From a bacterium (GTDB lineage: Bacteria; Ratteibacteria; UBA8468; B48-G9; DTJG01), in the NCBI GenBank assembly GCA_026418655.1, contig JAOAAW010000063.1, positions 9,835 to 73,834 on the forward strand: a DNA stretch of 64,000 bases. Direction: 5' to 3'. The position numbers and the translations under genes were made by a program. Positions 8,372 through 17,292 of the stretch are shown here, one piece after another (position 1 is the stretch's first letter; each line of letters starts with the position of its first letter). Below the pieces are notes generated by a model. It was not told the DNA's origin. It ran no database searches and saw nothing but the letters and a program-made list of their open reading frames with translations.

Positions 8372-10115
8372 TACAATCCATGATATTGTAGTAGAGCTTG
8401 AATTTACTCCCACAGACCCACCAGGAGAGCCAGTATACAGTTATGAATTTCTCACAGTATACGATGTAGAGATAGTCAATGGAGATGCCAGTTATTCAGA
8501 GACTCCTGTGGAGACAGAATTTTTTATTGGAGAGACAAAGATATACAGGGCAAAGGTAAAGCCAGCAGATTTTGTTTGTGATATTTGTGAGTGGATATAC
8601 CCGTGGTGGGGTGAGTGGATAATATTTGAGGTGGAAGGAGAATACTGTTATGTGACAGGATTACTACCTGACTATGGGGTAATATTAGAGGTACATGTAT
8701 GGAGTTATGATAGTGGGTCAGAGCCAGCAGTAGATGGGGTAACATTTGGGATTTACTCAACAAACATACAGATAAACAACAAAGAAGAGCCACAGGAAGA
8801 ATCCACAGGGATATACATTAAGAGAGGTCAGATTGTACCGATAAAGATAGGACCCAGCATGTTAGAGATAGGGAGTCCTGAATTTGTGGGAATGCAGGGA
8901 CCTGGAGAGATACACTTGAAACTGGAAGCAATAGCAGGAGCAGAGAAAGTGTCATTGTGGGAATATGAGCAGACCACAAACACATTCACCCAGAAAGATT
9001 TTCCTTACACCTATAGCTGCAGTCCCAGCCAACAGACACCATTTGAATCAAAGACAATGTATCTGAAAGGAGAAGAAACATCAGTGACAATAAAAGACAT
9101 CATCCTGAGATTGAAGGGATACAAACTCAATCAGCAGGATTCCACAGCGATAGATACAGTTGTTATTACAGTATTTGATATAGACATAATTCTTGCAGGG
9201 ATGGATGAAGAAACAGAACAGGAAACAGGGCTGTATATACCCTTGAATAATGATGATGACAGTGACACAGTGATAGATAGAGAAGATGGTATAATTGAAG
9301 GTGGGGATGATGATGTGAAAGATCTTATTATTTTCTGTGAACCTGTGGACTTACTGGGATTTCTCACATTATCCTGGGGAAGTAATATCAGGTTATGGGA
9401 ATCCACGAGTAAACAGACCCAGATAACAGGGACAGATTATTCACCAGCAGGATCTCCTCCGATAACAATTTATGTAGAGGGATACAATGTCAGTAATTCC
9501 ATCAGAGATACATCAATCACACTTTCTTACACTACCCCTGATGAAACATATCATGAGGACACAGCAAAGATAACAGTATACAGGGTAGAATTAAGTACCA
9601 GCAAAGATATTGTATGTGCGGGAGGAAAAGATGCAGAGATATGCAAGGCAGAAATCACAGGGACAACGAAACCACCCATAGTAGGGATACAGATAGAATT
9701 TGAGATAGTGGGCAATAAAGGTTATGATGGGATAGAAGACAAGACCTATTATGATATAGAAACGGCAGATAGTGGTAGATTTTCCAGTGGCAGGACATAT
9801 GATAGCGGGATAACAAACGCAGAAGGGAAAGCAATTGTTACCTATATTTCAGGGCAAGATGCATCAAACCCAGAGACACAGTTATATTTTTACCCGATAA
9901 TCAAGGCAAGCAGTGGAGGTGCAGGATGTGATACAATTGAAATCAGGATAGATCCACCAGAGATATCTCTTGAGATATTTTTGGACCCAGAGACACAGGA
10001 ATCAGTGGAATATATTATTGCAGATGGAGAAAGCCAGGTGATGAACAGGAAACCATTTTCACCACAATCCTGGCAGATTTTGAAGGGACAAATTCTCAGG
10101 ACCATGGTTCAATAA
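8343..10115 (+). CDS. large acidic secreted-type protein, central portion of the interrupted gene
   Basis: 590-aa ORF rich in D/E/T/I with beta-rich repeats. It has no signal peptide of its own. Frame 0 is open from 8325, just downstream of the G4 run at 8333-8336. Confidence 0.55.
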   Translation: MSIEPEETSDTIHDIVVELEFTPTDPPGEPVYSYEFLTVYDVEIVNGDASYSETPVETEFFIGETKIYRAKVKPADFVCDICEWIYPWWGEWIIFEVEGEYCYVTGLLPDYGVILEVHVWSYDSGSEPAVDGVTFGIYSTNIQINNKEEPQEESTGIYIKRGQIVPIKIGPSMLEIGSPEFVGMQGPGEIHLKLEAIAGAEKVSLWEYEQTTNTFTQKDFPYTYSCSPSQQTPFESKTMYLKGEETSVTIKDIILRLKGYKLNQQDSTAIDTVVITVFDIDIILAGMDEETEQETGLYIPLNNDDDSDTVIDREDGIIEGGDDDVKDLIIFCEPVDLLGFLTLSWGSNIRLWESTSKQTQITGTDYSPAGSPPITIYVEGYNVSNSIRDTSITLSYTTPDETYHEDTAKITVYRVELSTSKDIVCAGGKDAEICKAEITGTTKPPIVGIQIEFEIVGNKGYDGIEDKTYYDIETADSGRFSSGRTYDSGITNAEGKAIVTYISGQDASNPETQLYFYPIIKASSGGAGCDTIEIRIDPPEISLEIFLDPETQESVEYIIADGESQVMNRKPFSPQSWQILKGQILRTMVQ

Positions 10116-10285
10116 CGACAGAATCACAGACAGAAGGAGATGGGGTAGCGATATCGACATACACAGCAGGCATAGAGCCAGGATATATTGAGATAGAAGC
10201 GATAGATGAGGATGTTAAAATAGCCAATAGGGGCAGCTGGAAAGAAAAATTTCTCAATATATTTGAAGGAAGAAAAAGGGAAAAA

Positions 10286-10738
10286 TTGAAATTGAGGATA
10301 TGGACAGACATGCCTTACGGTCATTCATATTTGCAGAATTCCTATAGTTTTCTTGGTTCAGGTAGACTTGAATGGGTACCTTACAAATTTTCCAATTGTA
10401 GAATCAATGAATTCAATGTTGAAGATACCATATCCGGAGGGAGTACTCATGAAGCAGGTCACTATTATTCAAACAGTGATGTCCGAGTATACTCGCAGAC
10501 AATAGAAAATAATTACCCGGACAGAAGGGAAGAAAGGCTGGGTTATACTGCTGCTCATGAAATTGGACATGGACTGGTTCGATATGGACATTTGCCGGTT
10601 CCTTTCAATAATCATTTGAACTGCTTGATGAATGTTTATGTTACATCTCTACCAGAAAACTGTCAGGCTTTCTGTACAGGAGATGGTTCCAAGAAATGTC
10701 AGCAATATATAAAAATAAAACTGGGGAATAATAAATAG
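10286..10738 (+). CDS. C-terminal zincin-like (HExxH) domain; probably the 3' part of the same interrupted gene
   Basis: Contains THEAGH (10448-10462) and AAHEIGHGLVRYGH (10556-10570). This frame is open from 9974 and reads protein-like well upstream of the first Met. Confidence 0.5.
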   Translation: MKLRIWTDMPYGHSYLQNSYSFLGSGRLEWVPYKFSNCRINEFNVEDTISGGSTHEAGHYYSNSDVRVYSQTIENNYPDRREERLGYTAAHEIGHGLVRYGHLPVPFNNHLNCLMNVYVTSLPENCQAFCTGDGSKKCQQYIKIKLGNNK

Positions 10739-12121
10739 ATGATAAGCGTGGTCAAGAAGAATATTAAAGTTCTAATTTGTTTATTTCTTTTTTTGTTCTG
10801 GCAACCATGGTTAACGATAATAGGGCATGACATTTTGGCGCAGGTGTCCTCGTCGGAAGAAGTTGAAAGAAAAATCTTACGATATATGCAGGAATTTCTT
10901 TCTGAGGATCCCACTGGTACAAAGCAAGCAGCAGCGGAAAGGAAAATAATTGATGAATTTGGTCTTAGTGCATTACCGACACTGCTGACAGGATTACTGG
11001 TTGATAATGAAAAGATGACGTACTATTCTCTTCGTACGATAACCGAATTAATTTACAAGAGGATAAAACTTGAAGGGGAAAAAATAGGGAAGTTTGATGT
11101 GGCAGAACTTTCATTATCACAGAAAGAAAAGGAAACATTAGAAAGAATCTACAAGAAGATACCAGATCTTTTGAGTTCACCCTCTGGAAGGGTTAGAGCC
11201 CAGATTGCTATTGCTCTATCAACCTTTGGGAGGCAGGATGCTGTAAGGACCATAGAGAAACTTTTGAATGATCCGGATCCTGAGGTACGATATCGAGCAT
11301 TTTTCGCACTTAAATTACTCGGTCACACCCAATATAATTTTTTCAAGGTCATGGTCGGAGAAGAACCAAGCACACCGGAAGACTACGGGAAGTTTCTTAG
11401 TTATATTACTCCATGGGGATTAGAAATACAGGCAGCAGAGGAATTGAAAAAACAGGGCAAAAAGGCGGTTCCTTTTCTTATAAAACTTGCCTCTTGCGAT
11501 AAAGGTCCTGCCAGGCAGCGGGCGATAAGTTTATTGGGTAAGATGAAGGCAGAGGAAGCGATACCGGTATTTGAAAACTATTTGAAGGAAGAAACGAGAG
11601 ATGAGACGATGTATTCGATACAATATAGCTGTATAGGAGCACTTTTTGATATAGATACAGACAAATCGATAAGAGCGATAGAAGAATATGGGCTAAAACA
11701 TAAAAACCCAAAGATAAGATATTTCACAGCAAAGACAATATACCAAGTGATTAATCCGGTAGTTAGTGAAGAGAGAGGCAGATACCCATTGTTTGACAGA
11801 TACAGTAAGAGATTACAGGAGGAAGCAAAGAGGGTATTAGTAGAGATGTTGAAACAAGTAGATGCTGATAAGAAATTAGAGATAGGGATATTGTTTATAA
11901 GGAACAAAGAGAAAGATGGGGTAGAGATACTGATAGAGATGTTGAATGAAAAAAGATGTTTAAGTGTTGCGAAGGACTGGCTGGAAGAGATGACAGGGCA
12001 GAATTTTGGGCAATTGCCGCAGGTAGTGAGCAAGAAGATGCTGGAGACATATATCAACAGATGGAAGACATGGTGGGAGAAAAATAAAGATACATTCCAG
12101 TTCCCTGAAAACAGACAATAA
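10739..12121 (+). CDS. secreted HEAT-repeat (PBS-lyase-like) protein
   Basis: Signal peptide (VLICLFLFLFWQPWL). Repeated units include ALPTLLTGLLVDNE, RAQIAIALSTFG, NDPDPEVRYRAFFALKLLG and AVPFLIKLASCDKGPARQRAISLLGKM. The start codon abuts the stop of the upstream HExxH ORF (TAG ATG). Confidence 0.65.
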   Translation: MISVVKKNIKVLICLFLFLFWQPWLTIIGHDILAQVSSSEEVERKILRYMQEFLSEDPTGTKQAAAERKIIDEFGLSALPTLLTGLLVDNEKMTYYSLRTITELIYKRIKLEGEKIGKFDVAELSLSQKEKETLERIYKKIPDLLSSPSGRVRAQIAIALSTFGRQDAVRTIEKLLNDPDPEVRYRAFFALKLLGHTQYNFFKVMVGEEPSTPEDYGKFLSYITPWGLEIQAAEELKKQGKKAVPFLIKLASCDKGPARQRAISLLGKMKAEEAIPVFENYLKEETRDETMYSIQYSCIGALFDIDTDKSIRAIEEYGLKHKNPKIRYFTAKTIYQVINPVVSEERGRYPLFDRYSKRLQEEAKRVLVEMLKQVDADKKLEIGILFIRNKEKDGVEILIEMLNEKRCLSVAKDWLEEMTGQNFGQLPQVVSKKMLETYINRWKTWWEKNKDTFQFPENRQ

Positions 12122-12206
12122 ACCAGGCATCATCAATTCCTTCACAAATACCTTCAAAATTTCTCTGATCAAATTACGAAATGCCCACTTTTTAGATGTC
12201 GCATTT

Positions 12207-12235
12207 TTGACTGTTATCAAAAAATGTGTTAGTAT
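12207..12235 (+). promoter_or_regulatory. putative promoter for rpmA (TTGACT-17-TAGTAT with TGn)
   Basis: TTGACT at 12207-12212, a 17-nt spacer, TGT-TAGTAT at 12227-12235. The predicted transcription start is within a few nt of the ATG at 12245, and no SD is visible. Confidence 0.3.
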
Positions 12236-12244
12236 TAGTTCACT

Positions 12245-12493
12245 ATGGGAAGAAAAAAACAGGGTAATGGAAGGGATTCTAATCCCAAAAGGCGAGGAGT
12301 AAAGGTTTTTGAGGGTCAGATAGTGAAAGCGGGTAATATTATTGTCCGGCAAAAGGGGACACATTTTGTACCCGGTCCTGGAACATATATTGGTTCTGAC
12401 TGCACAATTCATGCTTCAAGAGAAGGAATGGTTGTTTTTGGCACCAGTAAAGGGAAAAAATTAGTGAGTGTCATAAGTCCCAATCCTTCATGA
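12245..12493 (+). CDS. rpmA: 50S ribosomal protein L27
   Basis: [46 protein letters not shown] matches the L27 consensus. Confidence 0.9.
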   Translation: MGRKKQGNGRDSNPKRRGVKVFEGQIVKAGNIIVRQKGTHFVPGPGTYIGSDCTIHASREGMVVFGTSKGKKLVSVISPNPS

Positions 12494-12867
12494 TATCCAC
12501 TGGTTTTGAGTGCGTTTGTGTTGAAAAACTTAAAAAAAATTCTGAAAACCCCTCAAGGTTAGAAAGGCTATTTTTGTCTTCTGAGATTGCATATTGCAAT
12601 AAATATAAAGAAAAACATGTTCATCTTGCTGGAATTCTTGCAGCAAAGCTTGCATTTATAAAAGCGTCTTCTTCTTTTGAAATTCCATTAAAGAAAATCG
12701 AGGTGAAACACGATAAATCTGGTAAACCTGTCATTTTATCAAATAGCAAAAAGTTGAAAAATTATTCAATTTCTGTTTCAATATCCCACACAAAATCAAT
12801 GGCTGTTGCGCTTTGCGTGATATCAAAAAATGGAAAAATTTATTCTTCCCGCAAGAAAAAAAGATAG
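12490..12867 (+). CDS. acpS: holo-[acyl-carrier-protein] synthase (4'-phosphopantetheinyl transferase)
   Basis: 125 aa. [25 protein letters not shown] and [14 protein letters not shown] correspond to the AcpS motifs. Confidence 0.75.
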   Translation: MISTGFECVCVEKLKKNSENPSRLERLFLSSEIAYCNKYKEKHVHLAGILAAKLAFIKASSSFEIPLKKIEVKHDKSGKPVILSNSKKLKNYSISVSISHTKSMAVALCVISKNGKIYSSRKKKR

Positions 12868-13684
12868 CCATAAAGGTACATACGGTCATCTTTTTGTGAT
12901 AGGAGGCTCACCTGGATTAACCGGCGCAGTGTGCCTTGCATCAATGGCAGCATTGAGAACAGGTTGTGGCCTCGTTACTGCAGGAATTCCAGAGTCCCTC
13001 AATGATATTTTTGAAATCAAACTTACTGAAGTGATGACAAAACCTCTTTCTGAGACAGGAAGAAGGACAATAAGTCCACTTGCACTTGAAAACTGCCTTT
13101 CTTTCATTGAAAAGGTTGACGGAATTGTAATAGGACCTGGCATTTCAACTGAAGCCGGTACAGAACTTTTTTTCAAAACGCTCCTACCAGATATTCAAAA
13201 GCCGGTTGTTATTGACGCTGACGGTCTTAAATTACTCGCAAAAAATCTGGATATTCTCCACAGCAATGAGAAAAAAATTATTCTCACTCCTCATCCAGGG
13301 GAGATGTCATATCTGACGGGTTTATCAATCCCTGAAATCCAGGCAAACAGAAAAAAAATTGCTGCTGAATTTGCAAAAAAATTTAATCTGATAGTTGTGC
13401 TTAAAGGATATAAAACAGTTGTCACTGATGGAAAAAAAATCTATATAAATGCAACCGGAAATCCTGGTATGGCAACAGCAGGAAGTGGAGATGTTCTTTC
13501 CGGAATTATTGGTGGTCTTTTAGTCCAGGGATTTTCATTGTGGGAAAGTGCCACTTTGGGAGTTTATCTTCATGGGCTTGCAGGAGACATGGCAGCAAAA
13601 GAAATTGGTGAGTATTCACTGATTGCAGGAGATATTATTGATTTTTTGCCACAGGCAATAAAAAAAATTGAGAAAAAAAGATAA
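12830..13684 (+). CDS. nnrD: ADP-dependent (S)-NAD(P)H-hydrate dehydratase (YjeF C-terminal domain)
   Basis: KGTYGHLFVIGGSPGLTGAVCLAS, HPGE and GSGDVLSGIIGG motifs. This is the kinase-like C-terminal domain only. Confidence 0.8.
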   Translation: MEKFILPARKKDSHKGTYGHLFVIGGSPGLTGAVCLASMAALRTGCGLVTAGIPESLNDIFEIKLTEVMTKPLSETGRRTISPLALENCLSFIEKVDGIVIGPGISTEAGTELFFKTLLPDIQKPVVIDADGLKLLAKNLDILHSNEKKIILTPHPGEMSYLTGLSIPEIQANRKKIAAEFAKKFNLIVVLKGYKTVVTDGKKIYINATGNPGMATAGSGDVLSGIIGGLLVQGFSLWESATLGVYLHGLAGDMAAKEIGEYSLIAGDIIDFLPQAIKKIEKKR

Positions 13685-13702
13685 ATCTACCAAGGGGGAA
13701 AA

Positions 13703-16129
13703 ATGGGTATGTTTGAAAATGCCAGATGGATATGGGCAAATGTTCCAGACAAGGAATTTTTCCAAATCTCTTATTTCAGAAAGAAATTTTTTACTCAAAA
13801 GCAAACCAGCGCACTGGTACACTGTTGTGCTGATTCAAAATACTTCTTGTGGGTTAATGGAAAATACATTGGCTTTGGTCCTGCGAGAGGAAAGGCACAA
13901 AATCCCTATTTTGACACACATAAGATACTTCTTCAGAAAGGTGAAAATGTTATTGCGTTTCTGGTACAGCACTACTTTAAACCATCAAATCTGTATGAGT
14001 CAGTTGAACCAGGACTGATATGCGCGGTAGAGACAGAAGGAAAAGTTCTGCTTACCTCCGACTCAACCTGGAAGGCAAAGGAATCACAGGCATACAGCCC
14101 AATTTCCGGTATTTTCTATCCTGAATGCTTTGATGCAAGAGAACAAGATGAAAACTGGTATATGCCAGAGTTTGATGATGAACAATGGGGAAATGCCATT
14201 GAGAAAATCCAGACCAACCTTGCACCAGCAGAAAAACTGATACCAAGACCAATACCTTTAATAAAAGAAAAGCAAATAGTTCCAGAGAAAATTCTGCGAT
14301 TGTACAAATGCCAGATTGAAAATCCGGATGATTTTCTTGACAAAGAAAAAATTGCTGAAACACTTTGGTATGCAAAAATTATCAGTGAGAAAGTAGAGAC
14401 CTCTCCTGATATTAAAGTTCCCTGCAAATGGAAGAAGTTCTCTTTGCAAATTGAACCAAAAACAGCAGTTTGTTTTATTGTTGATTTTGGTTTTGAAACA
14501 CTTGCGTTTATTGAATTCTGTCTTCATGGTGTTTCAGGAACTACTGTAGATTTCGCTCACAGCGAGTGCCTCTGGAATAACATTGTACCCACTTTATGGC
14601 AATCTCCATCTTTAAAACAGGCTCAGAGAATAATCTTACGGGAAGGAAAAACATTCCACAAAACAAACCAGCCTCGCGGTTTCAGATACATGGTTGTAAG
14701 GATATTTAATCCATTGGAAAAGACAGTAAATGTAGCCGTAGAAGGTATTAGGGCTTATGAAGCGATTTACCCTGTGAAAAAACATGGGAGTTTTGAGTGT
14801 TCAGATCAACTGCTGAACCAGATTTACAGCTTATCAGCCAGAACAGTGAACCTCTGCATGGAAGATTCGTACACTGATTGTCCATGGAGGGAACGTTCTC
14901 AATGGGTAGGAGATGCACAACCAGAATGTCTTTTCAATTATTATTGTTTCGGGGCATATGATATTTCAAAGAAGGCCATACTTGAATTTACCTCTGGTAA
15001 CACTGAAGAGGGCTGGGTTCCAGGGGTTTGTCCTGGTCACAGTAAACACAATCTTCCAACCTGGGGAATGAGAATACCTGTAATTGTGTGGGATTATTAT
15101 CTTTTTACAGGTGACATTGAGACATTAAAAAAGGCATATGAAGGTGTCACAAAGCAGATGGAATGGTTATTGAAACATACAGATAAAGATGGTTTGTTTA
15201 ACTTAACTGTGGGATGGAACTTTGTTGACTGGACACGCCTTGATGATAGATATGCAGATGGTGCTGTACAGGGCTGGTTTTATGAATCTTTGATATGTGC
15301 TGAAAAAATTGCAAAGACAACAGGAGATATTGGGGCTGCCAGGAGATATAAAGATCATGCACAGCTTGTAAAAAAAAGCATCTTAAAATATTACTGGTGC
15401 AAAGAAAAAAAGGCATTCAAAAAATATAGAAAAAACAGTCCTGTTAAACCTGCTGATGTGTCTGAAAATATTATAGGGCAGCACGAAAATGTTCTTTTTC
15501 CTCTACTGGGTATAGGTACAAACAATCAAAAAAAGCTTGCGCTGCAATCGATTTGTGGAAAAATGGGAATTTATTTACCAAACATCGGTGATTATCAGAG
15601 TGCCTTTGTTCCTGAACATCGTGGAAATTACATTGGCGAAGAAATTATAAAAATTGGCAGTCCTTTCTGGTCTTTTTATGCGCTGCTGTCTCTGTGTAAA
15701 GAAAAGAAATACGCTGAAGCAATCAGTTATATCCGTTTTTGCTGGGGAATGATGCTTGAATTCGGTGCAACAAGCTGCTGGGAAATGTGGGATAGACATA
15801 CATCTTTATGCCATGGCTGGAGCGGGGCGCCAGCAATGATTTTACCTGCATATGTCCTTGGAATAAAGGTCATTGAACCTGGTTTTAATAGGTTTCTGAT
15901 TGAGCCAGTACTTTTTGACCTTGCCTGGGCGCAAGGAAAGGTTCCAACCCCAAAAGGGATAATTTCAGTTTCCTGGAATCTCACTGAAAAAAATTCATTT
16001 GAAATATCCATTGAAATACCCGATGGTCTTACTGGAATATTTGTAGTACCAGAAGGTTTTGTGCCACGGAAAAACATTGTACTGAAATCAGGTAACTACA
16101 ATTTTTCTTTCAAAAGGAGAAAAAGGTGA
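13703..16129 (+). CDS. alpha-L-rhamnosidase (GH78 family)
   Basis: 808 aa. TDCPWRERSQWVGDA matches the GH78 catalytic-region DCP-R-ER-W-GD signature. N-terminal beta-sandwich followed by an (alpha/alpha)6-like region. Confidence 0.8.
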   Translation: MGMFENARWIWANVPDKEFFQISYFRKKFFTQKQTSALVHCCADSKYFLWVNGKYIGFGPARGKAQNPYFDTHKILLQKGENVIAFLVQHYFKPSNLYESVEPGLICAVETEGKVLLTSDSTWKAKESQAYSPISGIFYPECFDAREQDENWYMPEFDDEQWGNAIEKIQTNLAPAEKLIPRPIPLIKEKQIVPEKILRLYKCQIENPDDFLDKEKIAETLWYAKIISEKVETSPDIKVPCKWKKFSLQIEPKTAVCFIVDFGFETLAFIEFCLHGVSGTTVDFAHSECLWNNIVPTLWQSPSLKQAQRIILREGKTFHKTNQPRGFRYMVVRIFNPLEKTVNVAVEGIRAYEAIYPVKKHGSFECSDQLLNQIYSLSARTVNLCMEDSYTDCPWRERSQWVGDAQPECLFNYYCFGAYDISKKAILEFTSGNTEEGWVPGVCPGHSKHNLPTWGMRIPVIVWDYYLFTGDIETLKKAYEGVTKQMEWLLKHTDKDGLFNLTVGWNFVDWTRLDDRYADGAVQGWFYESLICAEKIAKTTGDIGAARRYKDHAQLVKKSILKYYWCKEKKAFKKYRKNSPVKPADVSENIIGQHENVLFPLLGIGTNNQKKLALQSICGKMGIYLPNIGDYQSAFVPEHRGNYIGEEIIKIGSPFWSFYALLSLCKEKKYAEAISYIRFCWGMMLEFGATSCWEMWDRHTSLCHGWSGAPAMILPAYVLGIKVIEPGFNRFLIEPVLFDLAWAQGKVPTPKGIISVSWNLTEKNSFEISIEIPDGLTGIFVVPEGFVPRKNIVLKSGNYNFSFKRRKR

Positions 16130-17280
16130 CAGACAGGGAAAGAGTCCAGAACATTTTACATTACCAAAATTATGATAGAATGCCACTTGTGCACTTTGGC
16201 TTCTGGAATGAAACACTATGTTTATGGGCACAAAAAGGCTATATACCAAAAGACCTGGCTGAAAATTGGGCGGATGGAAATGATAATGATTTTGCAATCT
16301 CAAAAATTATTGGCTTTGATTTTAACTGGTATAATGTTTTCAAGCCAATGCTTGGGCTTTGTCCTGCCTTTGAATCAAAGGTAGTTGAAGAACTTCCGGA
16401 CGGCACAAAAAAAATCCTCAATGCCGAAGGAGTTATTACATTACATAAACCAGGCGCTGGCTCAATCCCTGCTGATATTGATCATCTATTAAAAGATAGA
16501 AAATCGTGGAAGGAACTTTATCTGCCAAAATTGCAGTGGTTCCCAGACAGGGTGTTTAAGGCAAAAGTTGTAACAAGGGATAAGGTCTATGTGTTTGAAG
16601 AAGGTGGGCTTGATTTCCTGCGGAAAAATGAAAGGGATTATCCGTACGGGCTATTTTGTGGAAGTTTGTATGGATGGGTAAGAAACTGGTTGACAATGGA
16701 AGGTGCCTGTTATCTCCTTGTTGATGATGAATCTTTGTTTGATGAAATTATAGAAACAAATGCAGAAATCTGTTATCAGGCAGTAAAAACAACACTTGAA
16801 ACGGGTGCAAGATTTGACTTTGGTCATTTCTGGGAAGATATCTGTTTCAAAAGCGGTCCCCTGATCTCGCCACAGGTCTTCAAAAAAAAGATAGGTCCTC
16901 ACTACAGAAGGATATGTGACCTTTTGAATAAATATGGCATAGATATTGTTAGTGTTGATTGCGATGGTAATATTGATGCACTTGTGCCAATATGGCTTGA
17001 AAACGGTGTTAATACAATGTTTCCAATAGAGGTTGGAACATGGAATGGAAATATCAAGCCATGGAGAGAAAAATATGGGAAAGACCTGCGCGGGGTAGGC
17101 GGGATGAACAAGGTTGTTTTTTCAAAGGATAAAAATGCTGTTGACAATGAAATAAAACGGCTGCTTGAACTTGTTGAGCTTGGTGGTTATATTCCATGTA
17201 TTGACCACAGGATACCTCCTGATGCAAAATGGGAATTGGTTTTGTATTATTGCCAGAAAATGAGAGAACTTCTCGGTTAG
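16126..17280 (+). CDS. uroporphyrinogen-decarboxylase (URO-D)-like family protein
   Basis: MTDRERVQNIL... start, and a C-terminal GGYIPCIDHRIPPDAKWELVLY typical of URO-D-like proteins. Paralog of 6824..7909. Confidence 0.55.
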   Translation: MTDRERVQNILHYQNYDRMPLVHFGFWNETLCLWAQKGYIPKDLAENWADGNDNDFAISKIIGFDFNWYNVFKPMLGLCPAFESKVVEELPDGTKKILNAEGVITLHKPGAGSIPADIDHLLKDRKSWKELYLPKLQWFPDRVFKAKVVTRDKVYVFEEGGLDFLRKNERDYPYGLFCGSLYGWVRNWLTMEGACYLLVDDESLFDEIIETNAEICYQAVKTTLETGARFDFGHFWEDICFKSGPLISPQVFKKKIGPHYRRICDLLNKYGIDIVSVDCDGNIDALVPIWLENGVNTMFPIEVGTWNGNIKPWREKYGKDLRGVGGMNKVVFSKDKNAVDNEIKRLLELVELGGYIPCIDHRIPPDAKWELVLYYCQKMRELLG

Positions 17281-17292
17281 CCAGAAGAAACC

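Noticed and set aside
10448-10570. Calling the C-terminal domain a metzincin
   Set aside because: HEIGHGLVRYGH has G at +6 and H at +12 rather than the HExxHxxGxxH spacing. Only a generic zincin-like HExxH call is justified.
11578-12412. Overlapping 150-159-aa minus-strand ORFs across the HEAT-repeat gene and the rpmA upstream region
   Set aside because: They are antisense to a coherent HEAT-repeat reading frame and have hydrophobic junk-like composition. The rpmA region is better explained as a promoter.
13668-14018. 116-aa plus-strand ORF overlapping the start of the GH78 gene
   Set aside because: Out of frame with the GH78 ORF, which begins at 13703 with conserved N-terminal rhamnosidase sequence. 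No independent support.
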